Below, one piece after another: positions 8,382 through 17,031 of a stretch of 48,460 nucleotides of DNA (positions are counted from its first letter, which is position 1; each line of letters starts with the position of its first letter). This DNA is from an uncultured Phycisphaeraceae bacterium (lineage in GTDB: Bacteria; Planctomycetota; B15-G4; JADJEK01): assembly GCA_964493525.1 (NCBI GenBank), contig CAZBOK010000002.1, positions 1 to 48,460 on the forward strand, read 5' to 3'. The translations under genes and the position numbers were made by a program. Under the pieces are notes generated by a model, which made no database searches, was not told the DNA's origin, and was given only the letters and a program-made list of their open reading frames with translations.

Positions 8382-9899
8382 TCAGCGCGAGAGCGTCTGA
8401 CCGAAGAAGTCGAACGTCGACGGGCCGCCGGGCTCCGGGATCAGCGTGCTCCCCGTGCCGCTGAGTCCGGACACCGAACCGTACGCCACGATCACGGCGC
8501 CCGCGGCCGTCGCCGCCGACACCGTGCGCGACGGAACCGCGATCAGGAGGTCGTCGAACCCGTCGCCGTTGTAGTCGCCGCTCGCGAGAGACTTCCCGCA
8601 ATCGTCTCCGGCGACGACGCTGCCGGCCAAACCGCCCTGCCCCTCGACGAGCCGGTCGGCGACGCCGATCAATCCGCCGGACGAGCCGTGCAGCACCTGC
8701 ACCATCCCGACGTTGAATTGTCCGGCGATGTCCTCGCCGGTCGACGAGATCGCGAGGTCGGGGAACCGGTCGCCGTCGAAGTCGCCGCTCGCGAGAGCCC
8801 ACGCGAACTCGTCGCTCTCGATGCCGACCTCGCTCGGATCAGCGAGCGACTGCGTCCACGTCGTCTCGTCACCGAGCGCGAGCTTCCGCTTCTTCGCTCC
8901 GATCACGCTGAGCGCGCCGGTGAACGACGCGTGTCCGGGGCGCCCGACGACCAGCTCCGGGCGCTTCTTGCGATCGAAGTCGGCGACGATGAGCGACCGC
9001 GCGAGGAAGCCGCCGTCCAGCATCACGTCGCCGTCCTCACCGAGATCGGCCGCGCCGTACATGCGGCTCTTCTTCGCGGTGATCCCCTTCTTCGAGCCCA
9101 TGAACCACCACAGCCCGCCGCGCGGCTTGCCGGTGCCGAGAGCTTCGGATTGCGCGGTCACGAAGAGGTCGTCGAAGCCGTCGTGGTTCAGGTCGCCGGC
9201 GAACAACGCGCCGCCGAAGTGATCGAGCTGCTCGGCCGCGTCCGCCACGTCCTTCGTGTCCTGCGTGAAGAAGCGGCTGCCCGTCGCGGTCAGCAGGTGC
9301 TTCGAGCCGCGCAGCACGTGGAAGCCGCCGGCGCCCACCGCGCCCGGCAGGTTCTCGTTCACGCCGATCGCGAGGTCGCAGAATCCGTCGCCGTCGAAAT
9401 CGCCCGCGGCGAGCGACGCGCCGAACGACTCGGACTCGACGTCGATCGAGCCGAGCTCGATCGGATCTTCCGCGGTCTCGTCGATGCCGGGGGAGTCCTG
9501 GCTCCAGAACTGCGCGTGCTCGATGTCGAACTGGAACGCGCCGCCGCGGACCACGACGACCGCTCCCGCCAGCGGGTGGCCGTCGATCGTCGCGCCCGCG
9601 ACGCCGATCGCGAGGTCGTCGAATCCGTCGTGGTCGAAGTCGCCGGTCGCGAGCGCGCGGCCGAATCCGGCGAGGTTCTGCGTGATGCCGAACTTCGCGG
9701 GCTCGAGCGAGAGGTACTGCCCGGGCAACAGCCCCGCGCCGCCGCCGAACATCGCGTACACGCGTCCGGGCGCGACCGCGGGGAGACCCGCGCCGGAGGA
9801 GCTGATCGCGACGTCGGCGTAACCATCGCCGTTGAAGTCCGCCGCGCGAGCGACGAACGGGAGCGTGAAGCACGAGAGGACGAACGCGATGCGGTTCAT
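8382..9899 (-). CDS. secreted FG-GAP (integrin-alpha-like) 7-blade beta-propeller protein, paralog 1
   Basis: Signal peptide MNRIAFVLSCFTLPFVARA. Seven DxDxDG-type motifs are present (ADFNGDGYADVAI, GDFDHDGFDDLAIG, GDFDGDGFCDLAIG and others). Confidence 0.9.
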   Translation of the reverse strand: MNRIAFVLSCFTLPFVARAADFNGDGYADVAISSSGAGLPAVAPGRVYAMFGGGAGLLPGQYLSLEPAKFGITQNLAGFGRALATGDFDHDGFDDLAIGVAGATIDGHPLAGAVVVVRGGAFQFDIEHAQFWSQDSPGIDETAEDPIELGSIDVESESFGASLAAGDFDGDGFCDLAIGVNENLPGAVGAGGFHVLRGSKHLLTATGSRFFTQDTKDVADAAEQLDHFGGALFAGDLNHDGFDDLFVTAQSEALGTGKPRGGLWWFMGSKKGITAKKSRMYGAADLGEDGDVMLDGGFLARSLIVADFDRKKRPELVVGRPGHASFTGALSVIGAKKRKLALGDETTWTQSLADPSEVGIESDEFAWALASGDFDGDRFPDLAISSTGEDIAGQFNVGMVQVLHGSSGGLIGVADRLVEGQGGLAGSVVAGDDCGKSLASGDYNGDGFDDLLIAVPSRTVSAATAAGAVIVAYGSVSGLSGTGSTLIPEPGGPSTFDFFGQTLSR

Positions 9900-9907
9900 G
9901 TCGAAGC

Positions 9908-11446
9908 TCAGTGAGTGACGACCCAGCCGAACATGTAGTACTCGTAGGCGCCGCCCGGTTCGGTGAACGTGGCCGACGCTCCCGTTCCGAGGCCGCCCTC
10001 GGCGCCGTAGAGGACGATCACGCGCCCGGCGCTCGTGAGCGGCGGGACCAGCGAGAGGCTCGCGGGCACCGCCTGTTGCGGCAGGCCGATCAACAGGTCG
10101 GTGAAGCCGTCGCCGTTGAAGTCGCCGGCGGAGAGCGTCGCACCGAACTGGTCGTTCGATTCGTTCGTGTCCGGGACGCCGGTCGAGTTCTGGCTCAGCG
10201 TCGTGCCCGGCGTCGCGAACCCGAGCACGTTGCCGCGCAGGACCTGCACGAGTCCGGTCTGGTTGATGCCGCCGATCGCTTCGATCGGCGCGCCGGCGAC
10301 GAGATCGACGAAGCCGTCGTGGTCGAAGTCGCCGGTCGCGAGCGAGGCGCCGAGCTGGTCGAACGCCTCGTTCGTCTCGCTCGGGTCGATCACGTGCTCC
10401 GAGAACGTCACCGCGTTCGCGACGTCGATGTCCTTGCCGATCGAGTGGAGGATCGCGACGCGGCCCTCGCCGTTCGCCGCGTCGGACAGGCCGAGGATGA
10501 GCTCGCTCTTCCCGTCGCGATCGAGGTCGGACACCTCGACGCCGGAGCAGAACGGGATCGACACTCCCGGCGCGTCGTCGCCCAACTGGTGCGCGGTGAG
10601 CAGGCGGTTCTTCTTCGCGGAGAGACCCTGATTCGATCCGAACATCACCGCCACCGCGCCCGCGGTCGGACCATCGGCGGACGTCTCACCCAACACGACC
10701 GCGACGAGATCGTCGAACCCGTCGCCGTTCAGGTCGCCCGCGCGCAGCGAGCGCCCGAAGAAGTCGTTCGCCTCGGCCGCGTCCTTCATCTTCTTGGTGT
10801 CCTGCGTGAAGAACTGGTCGTGCTTCGCACTCAGCCCTTTCTTCGAGCCGTAGAGCACGTGCACTCCGCCGGCGCCGCTCGCGTCCTTCGCGTTGTGGAA
10901 CACCGAGATGGCGAGGTCGTCGAAGCGATCGCCGTCGAAGTTCCCTGCCGCGAGCGACCAACCGAAACACTCGGCGGTGCCGTTCACGGGGTCGCCGATC
11001 TTCTGCCGCACGCCGGGCGTGTCGCGCGTCCAGATCCGGAAGCGCGTCTTGTCGATGCCGGTCGCCGAGCCGGGAACCACGAGGACGAGACCGGCGGAAT
11101 CGTGGCCGTCGACGGGCGCGAGTTCCGCGCCGATCGCGAGGTCGTCGAAGCCGTCGCCGTCGAAGTCGCCCGCGGCGAGCGCGGCGCCGAAGTAGGGCTG
11201 GTTCGGGCCGTCGATCGGGAAGTCGGTCCACTTCAGCGTGGTGTTGCCGACGGTCATGAGCCCCGAGGCGGACCCGTAGAGGACGTAGACCGTCCCGCCG
11301 TAGTAGGCGTCCATCTCGCCGCGCTGCGACGTGATCGCCACGTCGTCGAAGCCGTCGCCGTTGAAGTCCGCGGCGAACGCGGGCGCGCCGGCGAGCGCGG
11401 CGACGAGTGTGGCGGACGACCAGAGCGTGCGATTGCGGCGATTCAT
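9908..11446 (-). CDS. secreted FG-GAP 7-blade beta-propeller protein, paralog 2
   Basis: Start re-set to ATG 11444-11446 (MNRRNRTLW...) with GGAGG 6 nt upstream. It has a signal peptide and seven FG-GAP calcium-binding-like motifs. Confidence 0.9.
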   Translation of the reverse strand: MNRRNRTLWSSATLVAALAGAPAFAADFNGDGFDDVAITSQRGEMDAYYGGTVYVLYGSASGLMTVGNTTLKWTDFPIDGPNQPYFGAALAAGDFDGDGFDDLAIGAELAPVDGHDSAGLVLVVPGSATGIDKTRFRIWTRDTPGVRQKIGDPVNGTAECFGWSLAAGNFDGDRFDDLAISVFHNAKDASGAGGVHVLYGSKKGLSAKHDQFFTQDTKKMKDAAEANDFFGRSLRAGDLNGDGFDDLVAVVLGETSADGPTAGAVAVMFGSNQGLSAKKNRLLTAHQLGDDAPGVSIPFCSGVEVSDLDRDGKSELILGLSDAANGEGRVAILHSIGKDIDVANAVTFSEHVIDPSETNEAFDQLGASLATGDFDHDGFVDLVAGAPIEAIGGINQTGLVQVLRGNVLGFATPGTTLSQNSTGVPDTNESNDQFGATLSAGDFNGDGFTDLLIGLPQQAVPASLSLVPPLTSAGRVIVLYGAEGGLGTGASATFTEPGGAYEYYMFGWVVTH

Positions 11447-11506
11447 CTTCGACCTCCGTTGCTTGTGCTCGCGCGGTGGAGCGCCCCGCTCGGACACGGA
11501 ATCCGT

Positions 11507-13072
11507 TCAGCGGCAGAACCCGAGGCCGAACTCGCCGAACGACAACGCGCCGCTCGGGTCCGAGAACTGCGCGCTCGTGCCGGTTCCGAGGCCGCCGGCC
11601 GCTCCGTAGACGACGGTGAACGCGCCCGCGTCGGGGAGCGTCGCCGGCATCGGCACGACGACGTCGACGTCCTGGCGCGGGATGCCGATCACGAGGTCGC
11701 CGAAGCCGTCGCCGTTGAAGTCGCCGGCGGTGAGCGCTTCGCCCGCGTTGTCGAACTGCTCCGCCGTCCCCGAGACGCCGCCCGAGCCCTCGACGAGGAA
11801 CTTGCCGGGCAGCACGAGACCGGACGGACTGCCGCGCAGGATGCCGACGCGACCCGCGTTCGTGATGCCGGGGAGGTCCGACCCCGACGCCGAGATCGCG
11901 ACGTCGTCGAAGCCGTCGTGGTCGAAGTCGGCGCACGCGAGCGCGCGCCCGAGCGTGTCGCCCTCGACGCCGGCGACCATCGCATCGATGTCCGCGGCGC
12001 TGATCGACTGGAGGCCCGCGATGTCGAGCTTCCGGTGCGGCAGCCGGCCGATGAGCACGCGCCCGGCGTTGTCGGAATGGCCGGGCATGCCGACGATGAT
12101 CTCGTTCACCCCGTCGCCGTCGATGTCGCCCGACGCGAACGCCGAGGCGATGGAAAGCGATAAGAAGGTGTCCTCCGGCTCGCCGAGCTTCTTCGCGCCG
12201 TACGCGTGGTGCTTGTTCGTCACGATCCCGTGCTTCGAGCCGAACAGGAATTCGAGCGCGCCCGATGCATAACTCGGCAGCGTGATCTCGCCGCTCGCCT
12301 GCAGCGCGAGGTCGGCGCGGCCGTCGCCGTCGAGGTCGGCCGCGTGCAGCACGCCGCCGAAGTAGTCGAACTCCTCCGAAGCACCCTTCACGCCCGGCGT
12401 CTCCTGCGTGATGAAGCGCAGGCGGTGCGCCTTCTTCCCGACGAGCCCGGTCGGCGAGCCGAACAGCACGTGGATCGCACCCGCGTTCGGCACCGTCTTC
12501 GTGCTCTCCGCGACGCCGATCGCGAGGTCGTCGAAGCCGTCGCCGTCGAAGTCGCCCGCCGCAAGCGCGGAGCCGAACCGCTCGGTCAGATGGTGACCCT
12601 CGAGGTCGAACGGCGGCTCGATCTTGTCCTTCACGCCGGGCGAGTCCTGGGACCACACGACCGCGCGACCGAAATCGAACTTCATCGCGGAGCCCGGGAC
12701 GACCGCGACGAGCCCGGCCTCCGGTTGGCCGGCGAACGACGCGCCGGGCATGCCCATCGCGAGGTCGTCGAAGCCGTCGCCGTCGAAATCGCCGGCCGCG
12801 ATCGCGTCGCCGAGCTGGGCGTGGTCGTCGGCGACCCCGAACAACGCGGGATCGATGACGATCAGGCCGACGCTCGTGAGGCCGGATCCGGCCGAGCCGA
12901 ACAGCACGGTGACGCGGCCGCTGAAGAAGACGTTCGGATCACCGGGGCCGCGCGACACGATCGCGAGATCGTCGAAGTGGTCGCCGTTGAAATCGGCGGC
13001 GCGCGCGGCGGACGCGATGAGCGGCGCGGAGAGCGCGGCCGCGAGCCGCCAGAGTTGGTGGGTTCGATTCAT
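11507..13072 (-). CDS. secreted FG-GAP 7-blade beta-propeller protein, paralog 3
   Basis: Start re-set to ATG 13070-13072 (MNRTHQLWRLAAALSAPLIASAARA) with AGGAG upstream. Seven FG-GAP motifs are present. Confidence 0.9.
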   Translation of the reverse strand: MNRTHQLWRLAAALSAPLIASAARAADFNGDHFDDLAIVSRGPGDPNVFFSGRVTVLFGSAGSGLTSVGLIVIDPALFGVADDHAQLGDAIAAGDFDGDGFDDLAMGMPGASFAGQPEAGLVAVVPGSAMKFDFGRAVVWSQDSPGVKDKIEPPFDLEGHHLTERFGSALAAGDFDGDGFDDLAIGVAESTKTVPNAGAIHVLFGSPTGLVGKKAHRLRFITQETPGVKGASEEFDYFGGVLHAADLDGDGRADLALQASGEITLPSYASGALEFLFGSKHGIVTNKHHAYGAKKLGEPEDTFLSLSIASAFASGDIDGDGVNEIIVGMPGHSDNAGRVLIGRLPHRKLDIAGLQSISAADIDAMVAGVEGDTLGRALACADFDHDGFDDVAISASGSDLPGITNAGRVGILRGSPSGLVLPGKFLVEGSGGVSGTAEQFDNAGEALTAGDFNGDGFGDLVIGIPRQDVDVVVPMPATLPDAGAFTVVYGAAGGLGTGTSAQFSDPSGALSFGEFGLGFCR

Positions 13073-13089
13073 CGAGGATGCTCCTGCGC

Positions 13090-14622
13090 TCAACGCACGA
13101 ACGAGTAGCCGAGGTTGTTGTTGTCGATCGGCACGTTCGGGTCGGTGTACCGCGTCGCGACGCCTTCGCTGAGACCGGCCGGCGCGCCGTAGATCACGTA
13201 GAACTCGCCGGCGGAGAATTTCGTCATCGGGCCGGAGATCACGACGCTGGCGAACGGGGCTCCGATGACGAGGTCCGCGCGTCCGTCGCCGTTGAAGTCG
13301 CCCGTCGTCATCGCGTTGCCGAACGCGGCGTCCAACTGCGGCGCGCCGGGCATGTTCGGGCCGCCCGGATACAGCGTGTCGACCGGACCGTGGAGGCCGT
13401 TCGCGCCACCCTTCAGCACGAGCACGTGCCCCGCGCGCACGACGCCGGCCGCGGTCGCGCCGTCGGCCGCCACCGCGAGGTCGACGAACCCGTCGCCGTC
13501 GAAGTCCCCCGCCACGGCGTCGAACCCGAAGCGCTGGCCGGTGTCTTCCTCGAACTGCGGCCACACTTCCGATTCGTCGAGCAGCGTGAACCGCTTCAGG
13601 TCGAGCTTGCGATGCTTCACGCGGCCGAGGCCGATCGCGCCGGGGCCGACGCCGCTCGACGGCATCGTGATCATGAGTTGTCGATTTCCGGTGCCGAAGT
13701 CCTCGCACGCGAACGCTGTCCCGATGCCCGGGCTGTAGAGCGCGTCGAACACGTCGACGTGATGGAGTTGCTTCGGGTGGTAGATGCGGTTGCCGGTCGC
13801 GGTGATGGCCTGCTTCGAGCCGAAGAAGATCGAGACGGCGCCGAGCGTGAGATCGGTGGGCGTCTGCTCCCAGAGCGACTGCACCATCAGGTCGTCGAAC
13901 CCGTCACCGTCGACGTCGAGCGCGCGGACCCGGTGCGCGAACTTGTCGGCGAACTCGCAGTGGTCCTTCACGCCGGGACTGTCCTGCGTGAAGAAGCGGT
14001 TCTTCTTCGCGGTGAGACCGCCCGCCGAACCGCGAAGCACGTGAAAGCCGCCCGCGCCCTCGATGCCGTTCACGTTCTCGGTCGTGCCGATCGCGAGGTC
14101 GTCGAACCCGTCGCCGTTGAAGTCGCCCGAGGTGATGCTCGTCCCGAACGCGTCGTAGATCTCTTCCCCGGGACCGATCGCCTCCGCCTGGTCCTTCACG
14201 CCGGGGGAGTCCTGCGACCAGATCTGCGCGATCAGCGTGTCGGGACCGAGCGCCGATCCGGGCACCACGACGACGCACCCCGCGCGCGGGATTCCCGAGA
14301 CGGTCGCTCCGGGCGCGCCGATCGCGAGGTCGTCGAACCCGTCGCCGTTGAAATCTCCGGCGGTGATCGTCGCCCCGAAGAGCGCGTCGTCTCCTTCGAC
14401 CCCGAACATCGACGGGTAGAGCGACAGGAGCGAGATGCCGCGGAACAGGCCGGCGGGCGTGCCGGGCAACACGTGGACCGCCCCGGCCGGGCTGCCCGCC
14501 TCGCGGCCGAGCGTGGCGACGGCGAGGTCGTCGTATCCGTCGCCGTTGAAGTCGGCAGCGCGCGCGACGTCGACGGAGGCCGCGACGAAGAAGAGGGTGC
14601 ACAGGATCGGGAATCGGCGCAT
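13090..14622 (-). CDS. secreted FG-GAP 7-blade beta-propeller protein, paralog 4
   Basis: Start re-set to ATG 14620-14622 (MRRFPILCTLFFVAASVDVARA) with GGAGG about 9 nt upstream. Seven FG-GAP motifs are present. Confidence 0.9.
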   Translation of the reverse strand: MRRFPILCTLFFVAASVDVARAADFNGDGYDDLAVATLGREAGSPAGAVHVLPGTPAGLFRGISLLSLYPSMFGVEGDDALFGATITAGDFNGDGFDDLAIGAPGATVSGIPRAGCVVVVPGSALGPDTLIAQIWSQDSPGVKDQAEAIGPGEEIYDAFGTSITSGDFNGDGFDDLAIGTTENVNGIEGAGGFHVLRGSAGGLTAKKNRFFTQDSPGVKDHCEFADKFAHRVRALDVDGDGFDDLMVQSLWEQTPTDLTLGAVSIFFGSKQAITATGNRIYHPKQLHHVDVFDALYSPGIGTAFACEDFGTGNRQLMITMPSSGVGPGAIGLGRVKHRKLDLKRFTLLDESEVWPQFEEDTGQRFGFDAVAGDFDGDGFVDLAVAADGATAAGVVRAGHVLVLKGGANGLHGPVDTLYPGGPNMPGAPQLDAAFGNAMTTGDFNGDGRADLVIGAPFASVVISGPMTKFSAGEFYVIYGAPAGLSEGVATRYTDPNVPIDNNNLGYSFVR

Positions 14623-14795
14623 GACGCGTTGCCTCCGCGAGCAATCCTCGCGCGGGGAGCGGGATCCTTCGGCCACGGAAACGGCGACTTCGGACGAATC
14701 TCGAGCGTGCGGATCCGGGACCGCGGCTTTGCACGAGACATCGCGGCGCCGATTCGGATCAGATCGGATGTCCGCGGATCGGAGCCGCGCTCATC

Positions 14796-16124
14796 ATGCT
14801 CATCCGTTCGATCGCCGTCAGCGTCCTCGTCGCGTGTTCGTCCGCTTCCGCCAAAGTCGTCACCGTGAAGCCCGGCGGTGCGCATCCGACGATCCAGTCC
14901 GGGATCGACGCGGCCGCTGCGGGCGACACGATCAAGATCCACGCGGGCGTCTATCGCGAAGCGGTCGTCGTCCCGGCCGGGAAGGACGGTCTCGAGCTCC
15001 GCGGCCTCGGGAACGTCACCGTCGAGCCACTCGACGATCAGGCGGCGGTGCTCGGCAGCGGCATCAAGATCTCCGCGAACGGCGTCCGGCTGAACGGCCT
15101 CGCGATTCGCGACTGCCGCTCGGGCGGCATCGACACCGGCTGGGGCATCCTCGCCCCGATGAGCGTTGCTCACGTCGCGATCGTCGACTGTTCCGTGCTC
15201 GGGTGCGGCGCCGGCGGGATCTTCGTGGCCGGGGACGACACGCTCGTGAAGAGCGTCACCGTGAGCGGCGCTCCGGACGCGATCCAGCTCGTGGGCGATC
15301 GCGCGCGCATCGATCGCGTCGTCGTGCGCAACGCCGACGGCGCGGCGATCCGCGTCGAGGGCGACGCCGCGCAGGTCCGCAACGCGAGCGTGTCGCGCGC
15401 CGGCTCGAACTCGGTGCTCGTCTACGGCGACGACCTGCGGGTGCAGAACTGCCGGTTGGACGGATGCTTCGGCACCGGAATCGAAGTGACCGGGGACCGC
15501 GCGGCGCTCTCGCGCAACCGCGTGACGTCTTGTGAATACGGCGGGATCTTCGTGAGCGGAGAGGCGCCGGTCCTGACGAACAACTCGGTGACCGCGTGCT
15601 CGCAGGAGCACTGCCGCGGCATCGTCGTCGACGCCTCCGCGCCCGGCGGTCGCGTCGCGGGCAACACGGTTCGCGCGGTGAACGGCATCGGGCTCGAAGT
15701 CGGCCCCACCTCGCTTCAGCTCGAGCTGACGAAGAACACGATCGAGGAGTGCGGCGAGTTCGATCAACCGGGCGTGCTGCTCGCGGGCGACGGGCACTCG
15801 CTGCGGAAGAACCTCGTCCGCAACTGCCGCGAGGACGGGATCCGCATCAAGTCGGGGCACACCGCGTTGGACGGCGACCGAGCCGAAGGCAACGTGGTCG
15901 ACGGCTTCGTGATCTGGGCGGCCGCGATCGTCCTCGACGGGTGCCGGGCGACCGGAAACGGCGCGGAAGGGGTCGAGAACAAGGCGGTGCTCAGCATCGT
16001 CCGCGACTGCGTGATGAAGGACAACCGGATCGACCTCGCGGGCGCCGGCCTGCTCGACACGACCCATTCGACGGGAAACGTGTTCACGACCGGCGGGCCG
16101 GACACGCTTCCGCAGCTCGACTGA
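14796..16124 (+). CDS. secreted right-handed parallel beta-helix repeat protein (NosD/pectate-lyase-fold like)
   Basis: It has a signal peptide. The N-terminal motif TIQSGIDAAAAGDTIKIHAGVYRE is typical of NosD-like beta-helix proteins. Periodic G/N/V-rich approx 22-aa repeats follow. Confidence 0.85.
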   Translation: MLIRSIAVSVLVACSSASAKVVTVKPGGAHPTIQSGIDAAAAGDTIKIHAGVYREAVVVPAGKDGLELRGLGNVTVEPLDDQAAVLGSGIKISANGVRLNGLAIRDCRSGGIDTGWGILAPMSVAHVAIVDCSVLGCGAGGIFVAGDDTLVKSVTVSGAPDAIQLVGDRARIDRVVVRNADGAAIRVEGDAAQVRNASVSRAGSNSVLVYGDDLRVQNCRLDGCFGTGIEVTGDRAALSRNRVTSCEYGGIFVSGEAPVLTNNSVTACSQEHCRGIVVDASAPGGRVAGNTVRAVNGIGLEVGPTSLQLELTKNTIEECGEFDQPGVLLAGDGHSLRKNLVRNCREDGIRIKSGHTALDGDRAEGNVVDGFVIWAAAIVLDGCRATGNGAEGVENKAVLSIVRDCVMKDNRIDLAGAGLLDTTHSTGNVFTTGGPDTLPQLD

Positions 16125-16239
16125 TCGGCGACCACGATCGACCGCGCTCGGGCCTCGCGGCCGGTCGACTCCGACGAATCGGTGGCCGAAGTGCGCGGCG
16201 AATTGCGCGAGGAAGTGCTCTCGCGAAAGGAGTCCCGAC

Positions 16240-16971
16240 ATGTCCCGCACCGCAGTGCTCGCGTTCGGCAACCTCGTCTACCTGTTGTTCCTGGCGTCGT
16301 TCGTCTGGCTGATCGGCTTCGTGATGAACGTGGCCGTCCCGCGCTCGATCGACGTCGGCCCGGCCGTGGACACGAGCCTCGCCGTGTTCATCAACGTCCT
16401 GCTGCTCGTCGCGTTCGCGCTGCAGCACACCGTGATGGCGCGACCGAAGTTCAAGGAGGCGTGGACGCGCATCGTGCCGCGCCCGATCGAGCGGAGCGCG
16501 TACTCGCTCGCAACGGTGATCGTGCTGGCCGCGTTCTTCGTCGCGTGGCGGCCGCTGCCGGCGATCGTCTGGGAGGCGCGCGGCGCGGCCGCGATCGCAC
16601 TCTCCGCGTTGTGCGGCCTCGGCTTCGTGATCGTCCTGATCTCGACGTTCCTGATCGATCATTTCGAGCTGTTCGGCCTGCGCCAGGTGTTCGATCACTT
16701 CCGCGGCCGCGAGCATCGCCCGCCCGCGTTCCGTCTGTCGATCTTCCACCGCGTCGTGCGGCACCCGCTGTACGTCGGCTGGCTGGTCGCCTTCTGGGCG
16801 ACGCCGCGGATGACCGCGGGGCATCTGCTGTTCGCCGCCGCGATGACCGCGTACATCCTGGTCGCGATCGTGTTCGAGGAGCGCGACCTGATGCGGGCGC
16901 ACGGCGCCGACTACGTCGAATACCGGAAGCGCGTGCCGATGCTCGTGCCGATGCTGCGCCGTCCGTCGTGA
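16240..16971 (+). CDS. mddA: membrane methyltransferase of the ICMT/PEMT superfamily, MddA-like (methanethiol S-methyltransferase family)
   Basis: AAGGAG RBS upstream. It is polytopic and carries QHTVMARPKFKEAW, IDHFELFGLRQ and VRHPLYVGWLVAFWATPRMTAGHLLFA...EERDL, motifs I recognise from the MddA family. The assignment is at family level only. Confidence 0.7.
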   Translation: MSRTAVLAFGNLVYLLFLASFVWLIGFVMNVAVPRSIDVGPAVDTSLAVFINVLLLVAFALQHTVMARPKFKEAWTRIVPRPIERSAYSLATVIVLAAFFVAWRPLPAIVWEARGAAAIALSALCGLGFVIVLISTFLIDHFELFGLRQVFDHFRGREHRPPAFRLSIFHRVVRHPLYVGWLVAFWATPRMTAGHLLFAAAMTAYILVAIVFEERDLMRAHGADYVEYRKRVPMLVPMLRRPS

Positions 16972-17031
16972 CGGACCGCGCGCGAGCGCGCGATCCCCGG
17001 TAGACTGCCGGCCTTTTTCCACGAGCGCGCG

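Noticed and set aside
8382-14622. The repeat-rich FG-GAP array as a diversity-generating (DGR), RHS/toxin or mobile repeat locus.
   Set aside because: There is no reverse transcriptase, no template/variable repeat pair with adenine-specific differences, no toxin or immunity modules and no transposase. The repeats are ordinary intragenic domain repeats.
14623-14795. GGAAAC...CGAATC in the FG-GAP/beta-helix divergent spacer as an ECF-sigma-type promoter tying these genes to the sigma factor at 326..931.
   Set aside because: It is a single weak motif match with an unverified spacer and no known consensus for this sigma group. It cannot be supported from sequence alone.
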